DNA from: Minisyncoccota bacterium
GTDB lineage: Bacteria; Patescibacteriota; Microgenomatia; UBA1400; UBA12028
Assembly: GCA_016211945.1 (NCBI GenBank)
Contig: JACRHV010000003.1
Location: 69,631-133,630 of the forward strand
Direction: 5' to 3'
DNA: 64,000 nt
The notes under the pieces are model-generated. The model saw nothing but the letters and a program-made list of their open reading frames with translations. It had not been told where the DNA came from and made no database searches. A program made the translations under genes and the position numbers. Shown here one piece after another: positions 49,727-59,320 of the stretch. Within the stretch, counting starts at the first letter, position 1, and every line of letters starts with the position of its first letter.

Positions 49727-50010
49727 TTTTTTGCAGTGAACGACTACACTACAAAAAAGATTATTTTCGTTTTTTTCCTTATTCTCACAATGAAGGACTA
49801 CATTGTTCGAAAGGATGATCGACATTTTTATTCTGTTCATCTGTTCAAAAGATTATCTTCGTTTTTATGTCTTCTTACTATTCACCCGCGTATCATTTAT
49901 GTGTGTCTTCCGTATCGTAATGATACGTGAGAATCAAGAACTCTATTACAAAAATGTAGAAAAAACGAGGACAATCTTTTCGAATGATGTAGTCGTTCAT
50001 CATGAGAAAA
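49727..50010. repeat. Three further copies of the conserved-loop hairpin
   Basis: 49733-49752 (-), 49787-49806 (-), 49984-50003 (+); loop TAGTCSTT, stems covary. Confidence 0.65.
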
Positions 50011-50044
50011 GTATTGTCGAGTTTTTCCATGTTATGATGAAACT

Positions 50045-50695
50045 ATGTTCACTGCCCAATCATTCGCCGTTGTTGGAGCTATCCTCATAAGTTATATCTG
50101 GGTTCGCACTCCAGAACTTGCGCCATATTCACTTCAGCTTACCGCAGGCCTCGTCCTTGCGTACATCATGATGAAGCGTGTAGCAAAAACACATATCTTT
50201 CATATCGCTCCGTCATCTACTACAGCTGAGGTGGGTGTGTTTACTACCGCATTGTTTATGCTCATTGGGTATACAGGCGGCGTCACCTCAATATTCCTTC
50301 CACTGCTCTATCTCCTCCTCTTTATCGGCGTCCTCTCACTCCACACCACAACCATTATTCTCTTTGAGTTTTGCATTCCACTGTACTTGTGGGCACTCGG
50401 ACCGGTGCCAATGACACAACATCAACTCGCAACACTTCTTTCCTTCCCCATTCTTCTCCCCCTCTTGGTGTTTGCGCGTAAGCAATACACAACCGCACAA
50501 CAAGAGAAAAAAGTAGAGGAAAAACTCGCAGATCAAACATTCTCTGCCGCACTGTTTCTTTCAACATTTCTGAAACCAAAACTTCAGCATATTCTTGAAC
50601 TTTCTAACTATCCTGACCACAATAAACGAGGCATTCAGAAACAGCTTTCCCTAACGATAGAGGAACTCGACGATGTTCTCAAAGAAACAGAGTAA
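50045..50695 (+). CDS. Multi-TM hypothetical protein
   Basis: About 5-6 hydrophobic segments, TGGVTSIFLPL, C-terminal helix. Confidence 0.75.
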   Translation: MFTAQSFAVVGAILISYIWVRTPELAPYSLQLTAGLVLAYIMMKRVAKTHIFHIAPSSTTAEVGVFTTALFMLIGYTGGVTSIFLPLLYLLLFIGVLSLHTTTIILFEFCIPLYLWALGPVPMTQHQLATLLSFPILLPLLVFARKQYTTAQQEKKVEEKLADQTFSAALFLSTFLKPKLQHILELSNYPDHNKRGIQKQLSLTIEELDDVLKETE

Positions 50696-51425
50696 TCGAA
50701 CGGTGGTTGGTCGAGGGATCGGCATTGTACTCGGTCTCATCTTTTTTGTTTTCTTTCTCCCCAAGGCATCCGCAAACATGTCATCGAACAGTTTTATTAT
50801 TCAGTTCAACAATCTCAACATGACATCCGGATCAAAAACAAGTAGTTCGTATAAGGTGACCGATACTGTCGGCCAAAACGCACCGGGAAAGTACGGAACG
50901 ACGGGGTACATTGTGAAAGCGGGGTTCCAGTACATCTATACCATCGGTAATTTTTCATTTTCTATTTCAAATACGATGATTAATTTTGGATTGCTCACGC
51001 CAAACACCTTTGCCACCGGCACAACAACACTCACTGTTTCCGCAAAAGGCGCCGGAGGATATACCGTAACCACTTATGAAAACTACCCGCTCAAAAAAAT
51101 CGGAACCTCGGCGACAATCGCGGATACGACATGCAACGCGGGGACATGCACAGAGGGCACTGCCGGAGTATGGACCGACGCAACAAAACCAGGATTTGGA
51201 TACAACATGACCGGATCAGACATCCCTGCCGCCTTTGTCGACGCAACATACTTCAAGCAGTTTGCGAACTATTCGCAAAACGAGCCCCCGCAAACTATCA
51301 TGAGTAACGCCGGAGTTGTAAAAAATCGACAAGCGACGGTGACGTATAAAGTCGCGGTGTCCGGAAATCAAACGGCGGGAAACTACGAGAACAACATTAC
51401 ATACATTGCAACACCGGGATACTAG
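50673..51425 (+). CDS. Secreted beta-rich protein with WxL-like C-terminus
   Basis: Signal peptide ..PKASA, FGLLTP, GFGY, ends AGNYENNITYIATPGY. Confidence 0.7.
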   Translation: MFSKKQSNRTVVGRGIGIVLGLIFFVFFLPKASANMSSNSFIIQFNNLNMTSGSKTSSSYKVTDTVGQNAPGKYGTTGYIVKAGFQYIYTIGNFSFSISNTMINFGLLTPNTFATGTTTLTVSAKGAGGYTVTTYENYPLKKIGTSATIADTTCNAGTCTEGTAGVWTDATKPGFGYNMTGSDIPAAFVDATYFKQFANYSQNEPPQTIMSNAGVVKNRQATVTYKVAVSGNQTAGNYENNITYIATPGY

Positions 51426-51428
51426 CGT

Positions 51429-52418
51429 ATGAAAAAAATAATGTTTTTTACCCTAGTCGTATCTATACTCCTTTTTCCAAAGTCTTTGTCTGCGCAAGAC
51501 CAACAAAAAACATCCCTTTCTATTTCACCACCGCTTTCCGAGATCGTGATTCAACCGGGGAAGTCGGTAACGCAGGCGTTTAACATCACCAATGAGGGGT
51601 CTGTTAATCTTGAGGTCATTCCAACGGTAGTCCCGTTTGCGCCGCATCCGGAAACTGGTGAGCCTGTTCTTTTGCTCAATTCCACACGGTTTCCCTTTGC
51701 GACACTGCAAAATCTGGATAAAGCATTAGATAAGCCGTTTCTTCTGAAAGCAAAGCAGTCCGACCAACTCGTGCTCCGCATCGCCATTCCTGAAAAAGAA
51801 AAAGAGAAAGATTATTACGTCACACTCCTTCTTCAGACAAAACCGTCAGGCCTCACACAACTCAACGAAACGGGTTCTATTTCACAAGCGTATCTTGGTG
51901 TCCATCTCCTTGTCTCGGTTTCAAAATCCGGTGAGGATAAAGGAAATCTCACAATACACCAGTTTAAGTCGGCAAAGTTCCTTGATACGTTCTCGGATAT
52001 CTCTCCAAAACTTTTCGTCAAGAACAACGGAACGACATTCACGAAAGCACACGGTGAAATCAAGATCATTTCGCTGACCGGAGAGATCATAAAACTGTTT
52101 CCCATTCTCCCGGAAAATGTGTTGTCCGGCGGAGTGCGCGAACTCCACACCTCGCTTCCAGATCCGGAGGACGCAAAAAGTGCTATACCCGCACCTTTCA
52201 CATACAAACCTCTATTTCTTCTTGGATCATACACCGTAACGGCACGCGTGTTTGCGGAAAACCAAATAGCGGAAGAGGTGACTATTCAAGTATTTGCGTT
52301 TCCGTTTTCTTTGGTAGCGTTTATTATTTCACTCTACTTTACGCGACATGTTATTGTGTCTGTGAGAGAAAAACGCGAAACGAAGGCGAAAGTTGTTGAC
52401 AGAATATCAAAAGAATGA
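51429..52418 (+). CDS. DUF916/WxL-interacting-like membrane-anchored Ig-fold protein
   Basis: Signal peptide, ISPP..IQPG..NITN, NNG, LPEN, GSYT, C-terminal TM plus basic tail. Confidence 0.6.
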   Translation: MKKIMFFTLVVSILLFPKSLSAQDQQKTSLSISPPLSEIVIQPGKSVTQAFNITNEGSVNLEVIPTVVPFAPHPETGEPVLLLNSTRFPFATLQNLDKALDKPFLLKAKQSDQLVLRIAIPEKEKEKDYYVTLLLQTKPSGLTQLNETGSISQAYLGVHLLVSVSKSGEDKGNLTIHQFKSAKFLDTFSDISPKLFVKNNGTTFTKAHGEIKIISLTGEIIKLFPILPENVLSGGVRELHTSLPDPEDAKSAIPAPFTYKPLFLLGSYTVTARVFAENQIAEEVTIQVFAFPFSLVAFIISLYFTRHVIVSVREKRETKAKVVDRISKE

Positions 52419-52437
52419 CCTAAATAGCGATGAACAT

Positions 52438-53871
52438 ATGAAAAACCGATGGGTGGTGAAGTTTTTTTTGCTTGCGTGCTTTGTCGTGTTTCTTGTGGTG
52501 CCCGCTCATCTTCAACAAACGCGTTCGGCAAACCTCACTTCCGTATCCGACACGCTTTCAAGCTCCCACCTCTCCTTCTATGGATTGATGGGATCCGGGA
52601 ATACCGTTGGTGAAACACTCATTCTCATCAACACCACAACCGCCCCCTCAACCAGCTCAAGCCAGCTCGCATCGCCATCTGCCGGAACGGTAAAGATCGG
52701 AAGTAATATTTATAACTTGAGTGGCACCATGCCAAATAATGATCAGAGTAAATTTAGTATCTCCAGTGGTCTAACCTCTGGTGATCAAACCGCGGGTAAT
52801 GCAATCATCGCAACACAGTCAGCCAGTCATACCGTTCGCTTCTCTACTGCAACCGCCGTTCCAAGTGGTTCGTTCCGCGTCCTCATTCAGGCAACAACAA
52901 ACTCAGGAAGTTCGAATGACGGTATTCCAGACGGTGACGGATTTGATTTTGGCGCATCTGCACCAACCGTAACCTGTCCAACCGACAACTCGTATTACGA
53001 CTTTGTGACAGGGACAGCAACGGCGCAGGCGGTCACGATAAACTCGGTAAAGTATCACGTGTTTGAGTGCCGCTACTCCGGAACAGGCCAGGCAAGCGCG
53101 AGCTTCGCCTCCAACCCTATTACTGTCACCTCACTCATCAACCCTGCGCCAAAAAGCGGCCATGCTGTTGGGACAAACGACGCCTACAACATCATCGTGC
53201 AGAACATGGACTACACCTACACCATGGTTGATCAAACCGCTCTGCAGGTTGGAGTCATCGAGTCTGTCCGTGTGTCCGCTACCGTAGCGCCGCAAATTAC
53301 CTTCCGTATTGCCGGTCTTCCCTCAGGAAATACCTCCGCCTGCGGGACCGCAACAGACGTGACCACAACCCCAACCACGGTTCCTTTTGGCCAAGTGTCC
53401 ATCACCGCGTTTATGCATGCGGGCCAGGCACTTGATGTTTCTACCAACGCTATTGGCGGGTATGCGGTAACAACACAGGCAAACTACGAACTGAAAAAAA
53501 TGGGAACTTCCACTACTATAGCAGGTGCGACTGGAAACGGTGGAAATGTGACCTACGGCGCAAAGGGGCGATGGGACTCCACAACGTATAAAGGGTTTGG
53601 GTATGGGTTGAACTACATCAGTGCAATTTCCGGATCAGGAACTGCGGCATTTGACTACGCAGATACCGATGGGAACTGTTCCGGCGGAACATTCTGTGCA
53701 AAACAATTCCCAGACCTTTCAAACAGCGAGCCCGCGCAAACCATCTTTTCATCCTCCACGGTTGCAGACACAGAGAACGTCAATGTGTGTTACAAGATCG
53801 TCATCAGCAATGTGCAGGCCGCCGGCGACTACGAAAATAACATTACCTATACCGCGACAGCGACGTTTTAA
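52438..53871 (+). CDS. Large secreted S/T-rich protein with WxL-like C-terminal domain
   Basis: Signal peptide, VSATVAPQITF, VSTNAIGGY, GFGY, ends AGDYENNITYTATATF. Confidence 0.7.
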   Translation: MKNRWVVKFFLLACFVVFLVVPAHLQQTRSANLTSVSDTLSSSHLSFYGLMGSGNTVGETLILINTTTAPSTSSSQLASPSAGTVKIGSNIYNLSGTMPNNDQSKFSISSGLTSGDQTAGNAIIATQSASHTVRFSTATAVPSGSFRVLIQATTNSGSSNDGIPDGDGFDFGASAPTVTCPTDNSYYDFVTGTATAQAVTINSVKYHVFECRYSGTGQASASFASNPITVTSLINPAPKSGHAVGTNDAYNIIVQNMDYTYTMVDQTALQVGVIESVRVSATVAPQITFRIAGLPSGNTSACGTATDVTTTPTTVPFGQVSITAFMHAGQALDVSTNAIGGYAVTTQANYELKKMGTSTTIAGATGNGGNVTYGAKGRWDSTTYKGFGYGLNYISAISGSGTAAFDYADTDGNCSGGTFCAKQFPDLSNSEPAQTIFSSSTVADTENVNVCYKIVISNVQAAGDYENNITYTATATF

Positions 53872-53882
53872 GGAGTTGTGAT

Positions 53883-54938
53883 ATGAAATGCCACCTGCCC
53901 CATTTTTTCCGCGTACTCGGTGCGTGTGTTGTGTTTGTCAGTCTTGCCGTGATTCCTGTTTTCGCGGTTCAATCGAGCACACCTGAAGAAATACTCGGAT
54001 CACTTGACTCGCTTGCCTTCACCGCAGTTCCCCCTCGAACCGAGGTTATCGAGGTAAAACCCGGAGACACCTATCAGACAAATATCAAGTTCCGCAATCT
54101 CACAAAACAGTCACAAGCAATCTCGACAGAAACGCTAGACTTTGTGATTGATAAGGACGGAAAGACGCCCATCCCTGTTACACAAACCGAGGCCGCTCCG
54201 CTCCGGTGGAGTCTCGCCTCGTGGATCACGGTTTCCCCTTCACAACGTGCCGTTACACCAAACGAACTCGCAACATATGACGTGGTGATCCAGGTGCCAA
54301 AGGACGCACTCCCCGGTGGACACTATGCAATGGTGGTTCACACGCCCGTTGCGATGAGTGCACTCCAGAACAAACCGCAGGAGAAAAATGCACAGTCCGC
54401 CTCTGCAGTCAATCCAAAGCTCGGAACACTCTTTTACGTAAAGGTCGCAGGAAACGTCCACGAGGAGGCCTTTATCCGATCCTTCATCGCTCCGTCATGG
54501 GTCGAGTTTGGACCGGTCAACTTTTCATATAGTGTCGAAAACTTGTCCGACGTCCATATCACTCCGCAGTCCTCGATTGTGGTCAAGGACATGATCGGTA
54601 GAACAGTGGACACGATTGTTGTTGAACCACTGAATATTTTTCCATATTCCACTCGAACGTTTACGGCGATGTTGGATAAGATTTGGGGAGTTGGCCCGTA
54701 CACTGCGCGCCTGTCCGTTCCGTACGGAACCGGAGGTAAGGTGCTCACCACAACGCTCGTGTTCTGGATGTTTCCGTACCGCATTGTGCTTGCAGTCCTC
54801 GTCATACTCATGACGCTTTTGGCGATTGTGATTGTGGTTCGCCGCCACTTGGAACACCGATACGACATGAAGGCAAAACAGATCGAGATACTCGAGGATC
54901 GTATTCGAGAACTGGAAAAGCGTTCGAGAGAACAGTAG
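53883..54938 (+). CDS. DUF916/WxL-interacting-like membrane-anchored protein
   Basis: Signal peptide, VKPG, VPKDALPGGHYA, ENLSDVH, GPYTA, C-terminal TM. Confidence 0.65.
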   Translation: MKCHLPHFFRVLGACVVFVSLAVIPVFAVQSSTPEEILGSLDSLAFTAVPPRTEVIEVKPGDTYQTNIKFRNLTKQSQAISTETLDFVIDKDGKTPIPVTQTEAAPLRWSLASWITVSPSQRAVTPNELATYDVVIQVPKDALPGGHYAMVVHTPVAMSALQNKPQEKNAQSASAVNPKLGTLFYVKVAGNVHEEAFIRSFIAPSWVEFGPVNFSYSVENLSDVHITPQSSIVVKDMIGRTVDTIVVEPLNIFPYSTRTFTAMLDKIWGVGPYTARLSVPYGTGGKVLTTTLVFWMFPYRIVLAVLVILMTLLAIVIVVRRHLEHRYDMKAKQIEILEDRIRELEKRSREQ

Positions 54939-54988
54939 AGGTATTCTCTACCCTGCTTTTGTGGCGTTTCTGATACACTGGATGTGGT

Positions 54989-56683
54989 ATGTTTTTCTCT
55001 GCCCGAACTGCTACGCGGATTCTTTTGATTGTCTTTGGGATAGGTGTCCTTTTTTTCTCAAGTCGTGTTTTTTCCGCCATTAACGACACTGGTGTGGACA
55101 CCGAGAATGGTGAGAACCTCGCCACCAATCCTAAAACGCGTACCACAGCCGTAAGCGCAACCGTTGTTGATATCTATCCTCCAACCGCCCCCATTCTCGT
55201 CGCACCGGACAATAACGGAAAGATTCGCACACAACTCGTCACCTTCACCTGGAAATCGAGCGTGGACGAGGAGGGTGGTACCGCAAAATACCAACTGTAT
55301 CTTGACGGGAGCTTGCTGTATGACAGCATTACCACGCCGACAAAAAACGCACCGGACTATACTTATACCGATCGTAATACGGTTTCCAATTTAGTCATGA
55401 AAAACGCGCTCGCCGAAGGATCGCACACCTGGAAAATTCGAGGATTTGATACCAATGGGAACTATGCAGACTCGGCAACATGGAGCTTTACCATCGACAC
55501 CATTGCGCCCGTCCTTTTGGTCAAACAGATCGGCGACCAAACCGTTTCTATCTCTGCACAAGATGTCACCACCATTCCTACTTCTCCCGTCATCACAACC
55601 ACCAACCCGCCAACAGTCTCCGGAACAACCGAGGCAAGCGTGACGGTCAAACTCACCATGACACTTCCCAACGGCCAGGTTACGCAACTGACAACCACAT
55701 CCGGAACCGACGGAACATTTTCCTTCACCCTCCCCACATTGTCGCTCAACATCATTGCGAAACTGCAGATTAGTGCAAACGACAGCGTGGGAAATACCTC
55801 TTTGCTTGATAATATTCCCGTTCAGGTGATTCGAAAAACATTGAAACTCCCCGCACCACTCGATAAAGTCATTCCGGAAATTCCCATTATCCCGCCGGAA
55901 GAAATTAAGCATGAGATCGCGGAAAGATTCATTCGACCATATGTACCCGAACCTGTTGTTGATATTGTGGACACCGTTGCGCCGATCGGAAACTCGGCCA
56001 TTGGGTTTGTGTTGCCGCTTGCTCGTTTGCTTGCTGTTTTGTGGATCACCGGAACGTCATTGTGGAGTATGAGTGTTGGTCTCTTGGCAAAGGCCGCGCA
56101 TACGATCGGCCTTATTCCATTGTGGCTTTTCCCGCCCGTCGATCACATCCATGGCCTCGTGTTCGACAGTCAGACGAAAGACCCCATCCCCTTTGCGCTT
56201 CTCACTATTGTGCAGATGAAGGATCGAGGACCCACCGTTGTTGATCAAGTCGTCGCCGATCAGCATGGTGAATATGAAACCATTGCGCTCGACCTCGCAG
56301 GAAGGTATGAAATTGTTCCAACACATCGCGATTACCTCTTCATGGAAGAGGAAGCGAAACGCAAATTTTCCGGGATTGCGGAGGTGTACACCGGCCAGCC
56401 TATAACGACTGAACTGTGTGATGTTACGCCGTCGATTGGCGATGATGAGCGCGGACTTGAATGTCATGAAGACAAACTCTTGGTGCATTACTATGTGCCG
56501 ATGGAACAGAGGAAAAAATCATCGTTTATTGCACGTGTTATTGAGAAGACTGCGGAACTTCCCTCGAGTGGTCTTGCGGGCGCGGTTGTTTTGATGATCG
56601 GTATCGCCTTCTTCTACCCGACGCCATGGAACATAGGCATGTGCGTTGCGTATATCGCGGTTGCGGTGCATCGGTCGTTTTAA
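54989..56683 (+). CDS. Surface protein with Ig-like domains, TM region and carboxypeptidase-regulatory-like domain
   Basis: PPTAPILVAP, EGSHTWKIR, IDTIAP, PTVSGT, GLVFDSQTKDPIPFA. Confidence 0.7.
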   Translation: MFFSARTATRILLIVFGIGVLFFSSRVFSAINDTGVDTENGENLATNPKTRTTAVSATVVDIYPPTAPILVAPDNNGKIRTQLVTFTWKSSVDEEGGTAKYQLYLDGSLLYDSITTPTKNAPDYTYTDRNTVSNLVMKNALAEGSHTWKIRGFDTNGNYADSATWSFTIDTIAPVLLVKQIGDQTVSISAQDVTTIPTSPVITTTNPPTVSGTTEASVTVKLTMTLPNGQVTQLTTTSGTDGTFSFTLPTLSLNIIAKLQISANDSVGNTSLLDNIPVQVIRKTLKLPAPLDKVIPEIPIIPPEEIKHEIAERFIRPYVPEPVVDIVDTVAPIGNSAIGFVLPLARLLAVLWITGTSLWSMSVGLLAKAAHTIGLIPLWLFPPVDHIHGLVFDSQTKDPIPFALLTIVQMKDRGPTVVDQVVADQHGEYETIALDLAGRYEIVPTHRDYLFMEEEAKRKFSGIAEVYTGQPITTELCDVTPSIGDDERGLECHEDKLLVHYYVPMEQRKKSSFIARVIEKTAELPSSGLAGAVVLMIGIAFFYPTPWNIGMCVAYIAVAVHRSF

Positions 56684-56714
56684 CGGAAAAACAAAGATAT
56701 CACAGATTGATTGT

Positions 56715-56750
56715 TTGACAATCGACTAATAATCGACTATTATTTGACTG
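56715..56750 (+). promoter_or_regulatory. Promoter of the Fic gene overlapped by 11-bp-period direct repeats
   Basis: TTGACA-17-TATTAT; AATCGACTA at 56720 and 56731, ATTTGACTG at 56742. Confidence 0.6.
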
Positions 56751-56751
56751 T

Positions 56752-57783
56752 ATGTTTACTCCTCAATATACAATCACCAATCACCTTCTCTCGAATATTA
56801 TCCGCATTCATGGTCTTGTCAAAGATCTTAACGATCGAAGATTTGCAAAAGTTGTGTTTGTGGAATTTGAAAAAATCGCACGTGAAGTCTCGTCTTATGC
56901 TTCAACCAGTATTGAAGGCAATCCCCTCTCACTTACAGAAGTCAAAAGAGTGTTGAAGTCAAAACCAGAACACATCCGAGATAGTGAAAAAGAAGTCCTG
57001 AATTACAATCAAGCACTTGAACACTTGAACCAATTACTTCAATCCGAAAAACTTGAACTCTCCCTCAAGCTTATCCTGAATATTCATAAACACATAACAA
57101 GAGGACTACTTCTTCGTGATGAATCCGGGAGACTGCGCAAAAATCATGTCGTGGTCCATGATCCAAGAACGGGTGAAATAGTCTACCTTCCTCCTGATGT
57201 AAATCAGGTACGCGGATTGGTGAACGACCTCATCGCTTTCGTTCAGAAAAATAGTAAGAAGATTGATCCCTTGATTCTTGCTGGTATTTTTCATAAACAC
57301 ATGGTGATTATCCATCCGTTCATGGACGGCAACGGCAGAACAACCAGACTTGTAACCAAGGTACTTTTAGCAAACATGGGATTGAACACCTTTAACCTCT
57401 TTAGTTTCGAGAATTATTACAACAAAAATGTTACAAAATACTTTCAAGCAGTTGGAGAATATGGGGACTATAATGAAGTAGCACATTCGATCAACTACAC
57501 GCTTTGGCTCGAGTATTTCACCGATGGGTTAATCGATGAATTGTTACGCGTACAAAAATTGTTACCAACATTTGGCAATACACCAGATACAACACTGGAA
57601 ATACATCATCGTAAAATGCTTGAATACATAAAACAGCATGGATTTATCCGTGATCGAGATTACGCGAAGCTCACCGAGAGGGCCAAGGCAACACGTACCA
57701 AAGACTTCCAAAAACTTCTGGACTTAGGACTCATTGAGCGTAAGGGGAAAGGAAGATCGGTCTATTACACTCAAAAAGTCTAA
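56752..57783 (+). CDS. Fic family protein with inhibitory helix and C-terminal HTH
   Basis: HPFMDGNGRTTR Fic motif, STSIEGN inhibitory motif, ATRTKDFQKLLDLGLIERKGKGRSVYY. Confidence 0.92.
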   Translation: MFTPQYTITNHLLSNIIRIHGLVKDLNDRRFAKVVFVEFEKIAREVSSYASTSIEGNPLSLTEVKRVLKSKPEHIRDSEKEVLNYNQALEHLNQLLQSEKLELSLKLILNIHKHITRGLLLRDESGRLRKNHVVVHDPRTGEIVYLPPDVNQVRGLVNDLIAFVQKNSKKIDPLILAGIFHKHMVIIHPFMDGNGRTTRLVTKVLLANMGLNTFNLFSFENYYNKNVTKYFQAVGEYGDYNEVAHSINYTLWLEYFTDGLIDELLRVQKLLPTFGNTPDTTLEIHHRKMLEYIKQHGFIRDRDYAKLTERAKATRTKDFQKLLDLGLIERKGKGRSVYYTQKV

Positions 57784-57999
57784 TAAGTGGTATTGTATTT
57801 TCTCCGCAATATAGTTGCATACATTATTTCTAGTTCATTTGAAGATCATTCAGCATCATTTTTGCGGGAATAAAGGAAGAAGTTTGGGACTCATCTACTC
57901 ACCGGCACCTTCCTTTTCACTTATCGTTTTATTTCCGCATAACATGCGTGCATCATTCCAGGCTTGTTTTAGAAGAAGATTAAATGAAATCAAAGTATA

Positions 58000-58824
58000 T
58001 CAGTGTGATCGATCGAGTGAAAAGACGACAGTGGATAAACGGAGGTATTCCTGAACACATGCCACGTGGGGAAACTGCGCGCCTAACACCTGGGTTGGGA
58101 GGTCCGGATCTCGAGCAAGAAGGCTGAAAAGATCACTTGAAAGGCGAGAATATTGATGTTTTCGTCCGTCGTTCAATGCTTTTTCTTTCTGCACAACGCT
58201 TAGCAGACTTGTTGTTAATTTGCTAAGCTTCGTGTAGTCTTTGGCTCGTTCATCCAGATTCCACACCGAGCGACAGAACTCCCGTTCATCCCCAATGAGA
58301 AATCGTTTGGATTCAAGAAAAACAAAAAGGCCCATGACCTTTGCGCGCATAAGCTCGTTCTTTAACTTTTCGCCGATTGGATACGGCGAGATATAAACCG
58401 CACGCTCCAATGAGACAAATCCATGCGTTCTCAGGAGATTCCGAAGGGTCCTGTAGGCGTACAACGACTCCGGCGCATACCGAACATTTGAAAAAATGGC
58501 TAGGCGCCACGCGGCATCCCACTTTTTTTTCTTAAATACTGTTTCCGGCAAAGAAGAAAAGAGATGTTCTCTTCCGGCGGCGGTCATGCGGATAAAGATT
58601 TTTCCGGCTTGCTGGACAGTGACAACCAAACCCTGCTGCTGCATTGTGGAGACAGCACTGCGTATTGAGTTCGGGCTAAAATCGAAGAGCCTCCACTGAA
58701 GCTCTGGATAGGTGAGCAGACGTTGCGCCGCTGAGGAGAAAACGTCTGAAGGATGTTGAACCGATTCATTCTCTGGAATACTGAAAGCGAGCGAGAAAAG
58801 GAGATGCGATTTAAGATCGAGCAT
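58000..58824 (-). CDS. PaaX-like transcriptional regulator
   Basis: SIRSAVSTM..MTAAG wHTH, WDAAWRLAIF, GFVSLERAVYISP, WNLDE..Y, DPDLP. Confidence 0.8.
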   Translation of the reverse strand: MLDLKSHLLFSLAFSIPENESVQHPSDVFSSAAQRLLTYPELQWRLFDFSPNSIRSAVSTMQQQGLVVTVQQAGKIFIRMTAAGREHLFSSLPETVFKKKKWDAAWRLAIFSNVRYAPESLYAYRTLRNLLRTHGFVSLERAVYISPYPIGEKLKNELMRAKVMGLFVFLESKRFLIGDEREFCRSVWNLDERAKDYTKLSKLTTSLLSVVQKEKALNDGRKHQYSRLSSDLFSLLARDPDLPTQVLGAQFPHVACVQEYLRLSTVVFSLDRSH

Positions 58825-59237
58825 GAAACTATCATAGCAGATGGTGCGGAATGACCGGGAGAGTTCCGACCTAGTTCCGATTTCTTTTTCCTCTCTTTTC
58901 TATTTCCGCACCATTAATAATGGTTTTCACGATAAAATGATACTCCTTATCTTCGTCTTTCTTGCATTCGGTATTCCTTTTCTTCGTATTATTTTTCATT
59001 TCTCGGTAAAAATGTTGATAAATCTCAAGTGATTTTTTTCTGTTGTAAATACGTTAAACAAGAGACTAATATATTCATCAATTCACAGTATCAAAAATAT
59101 GGGGAAAAACGGCAAAAAACACAAAAAACATGATCTTCATCGTGCATATTCTGATATATTTGTATGCAAATGAAAAGAAATTGTGAAATATAACACTCTC
59201 ACCGTTTTTCTCTCTTCTGTAGTCTTGATATTCCCTC

Positions 59238-59267
59238 TTGACCTCAACCTCTGGTCGCGCCTACAGT
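59238..59267 (+). promoter_or_regulatory. Putative promoter of the giant gene
   Basis: TTGACC-18-TACAGT; AGAGGA RBS before ATG 59321. Confidence 0.5.
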
Positions 59268-59320
59268 GACGTTCATGCGCGGAAGCTTGATTGTCTAATC
59301 TCGTCTAACGCCAGAGGAAA

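Noticed and set aside
49691-49840. N-terminal extension of LeuS (similar ones on dcd, TrmB, EamA and the M16 peptidase)
   Set aside because: Longest-ORF artefacts; homology and -10 boxes point to downstream ATGs
58000-58824. Cas2/CRISPR locus suggested by the Cas2-like middle domain of the PaaX-like protein
   Set aside because: No repeat-spacer array or other cas genes seen in the window
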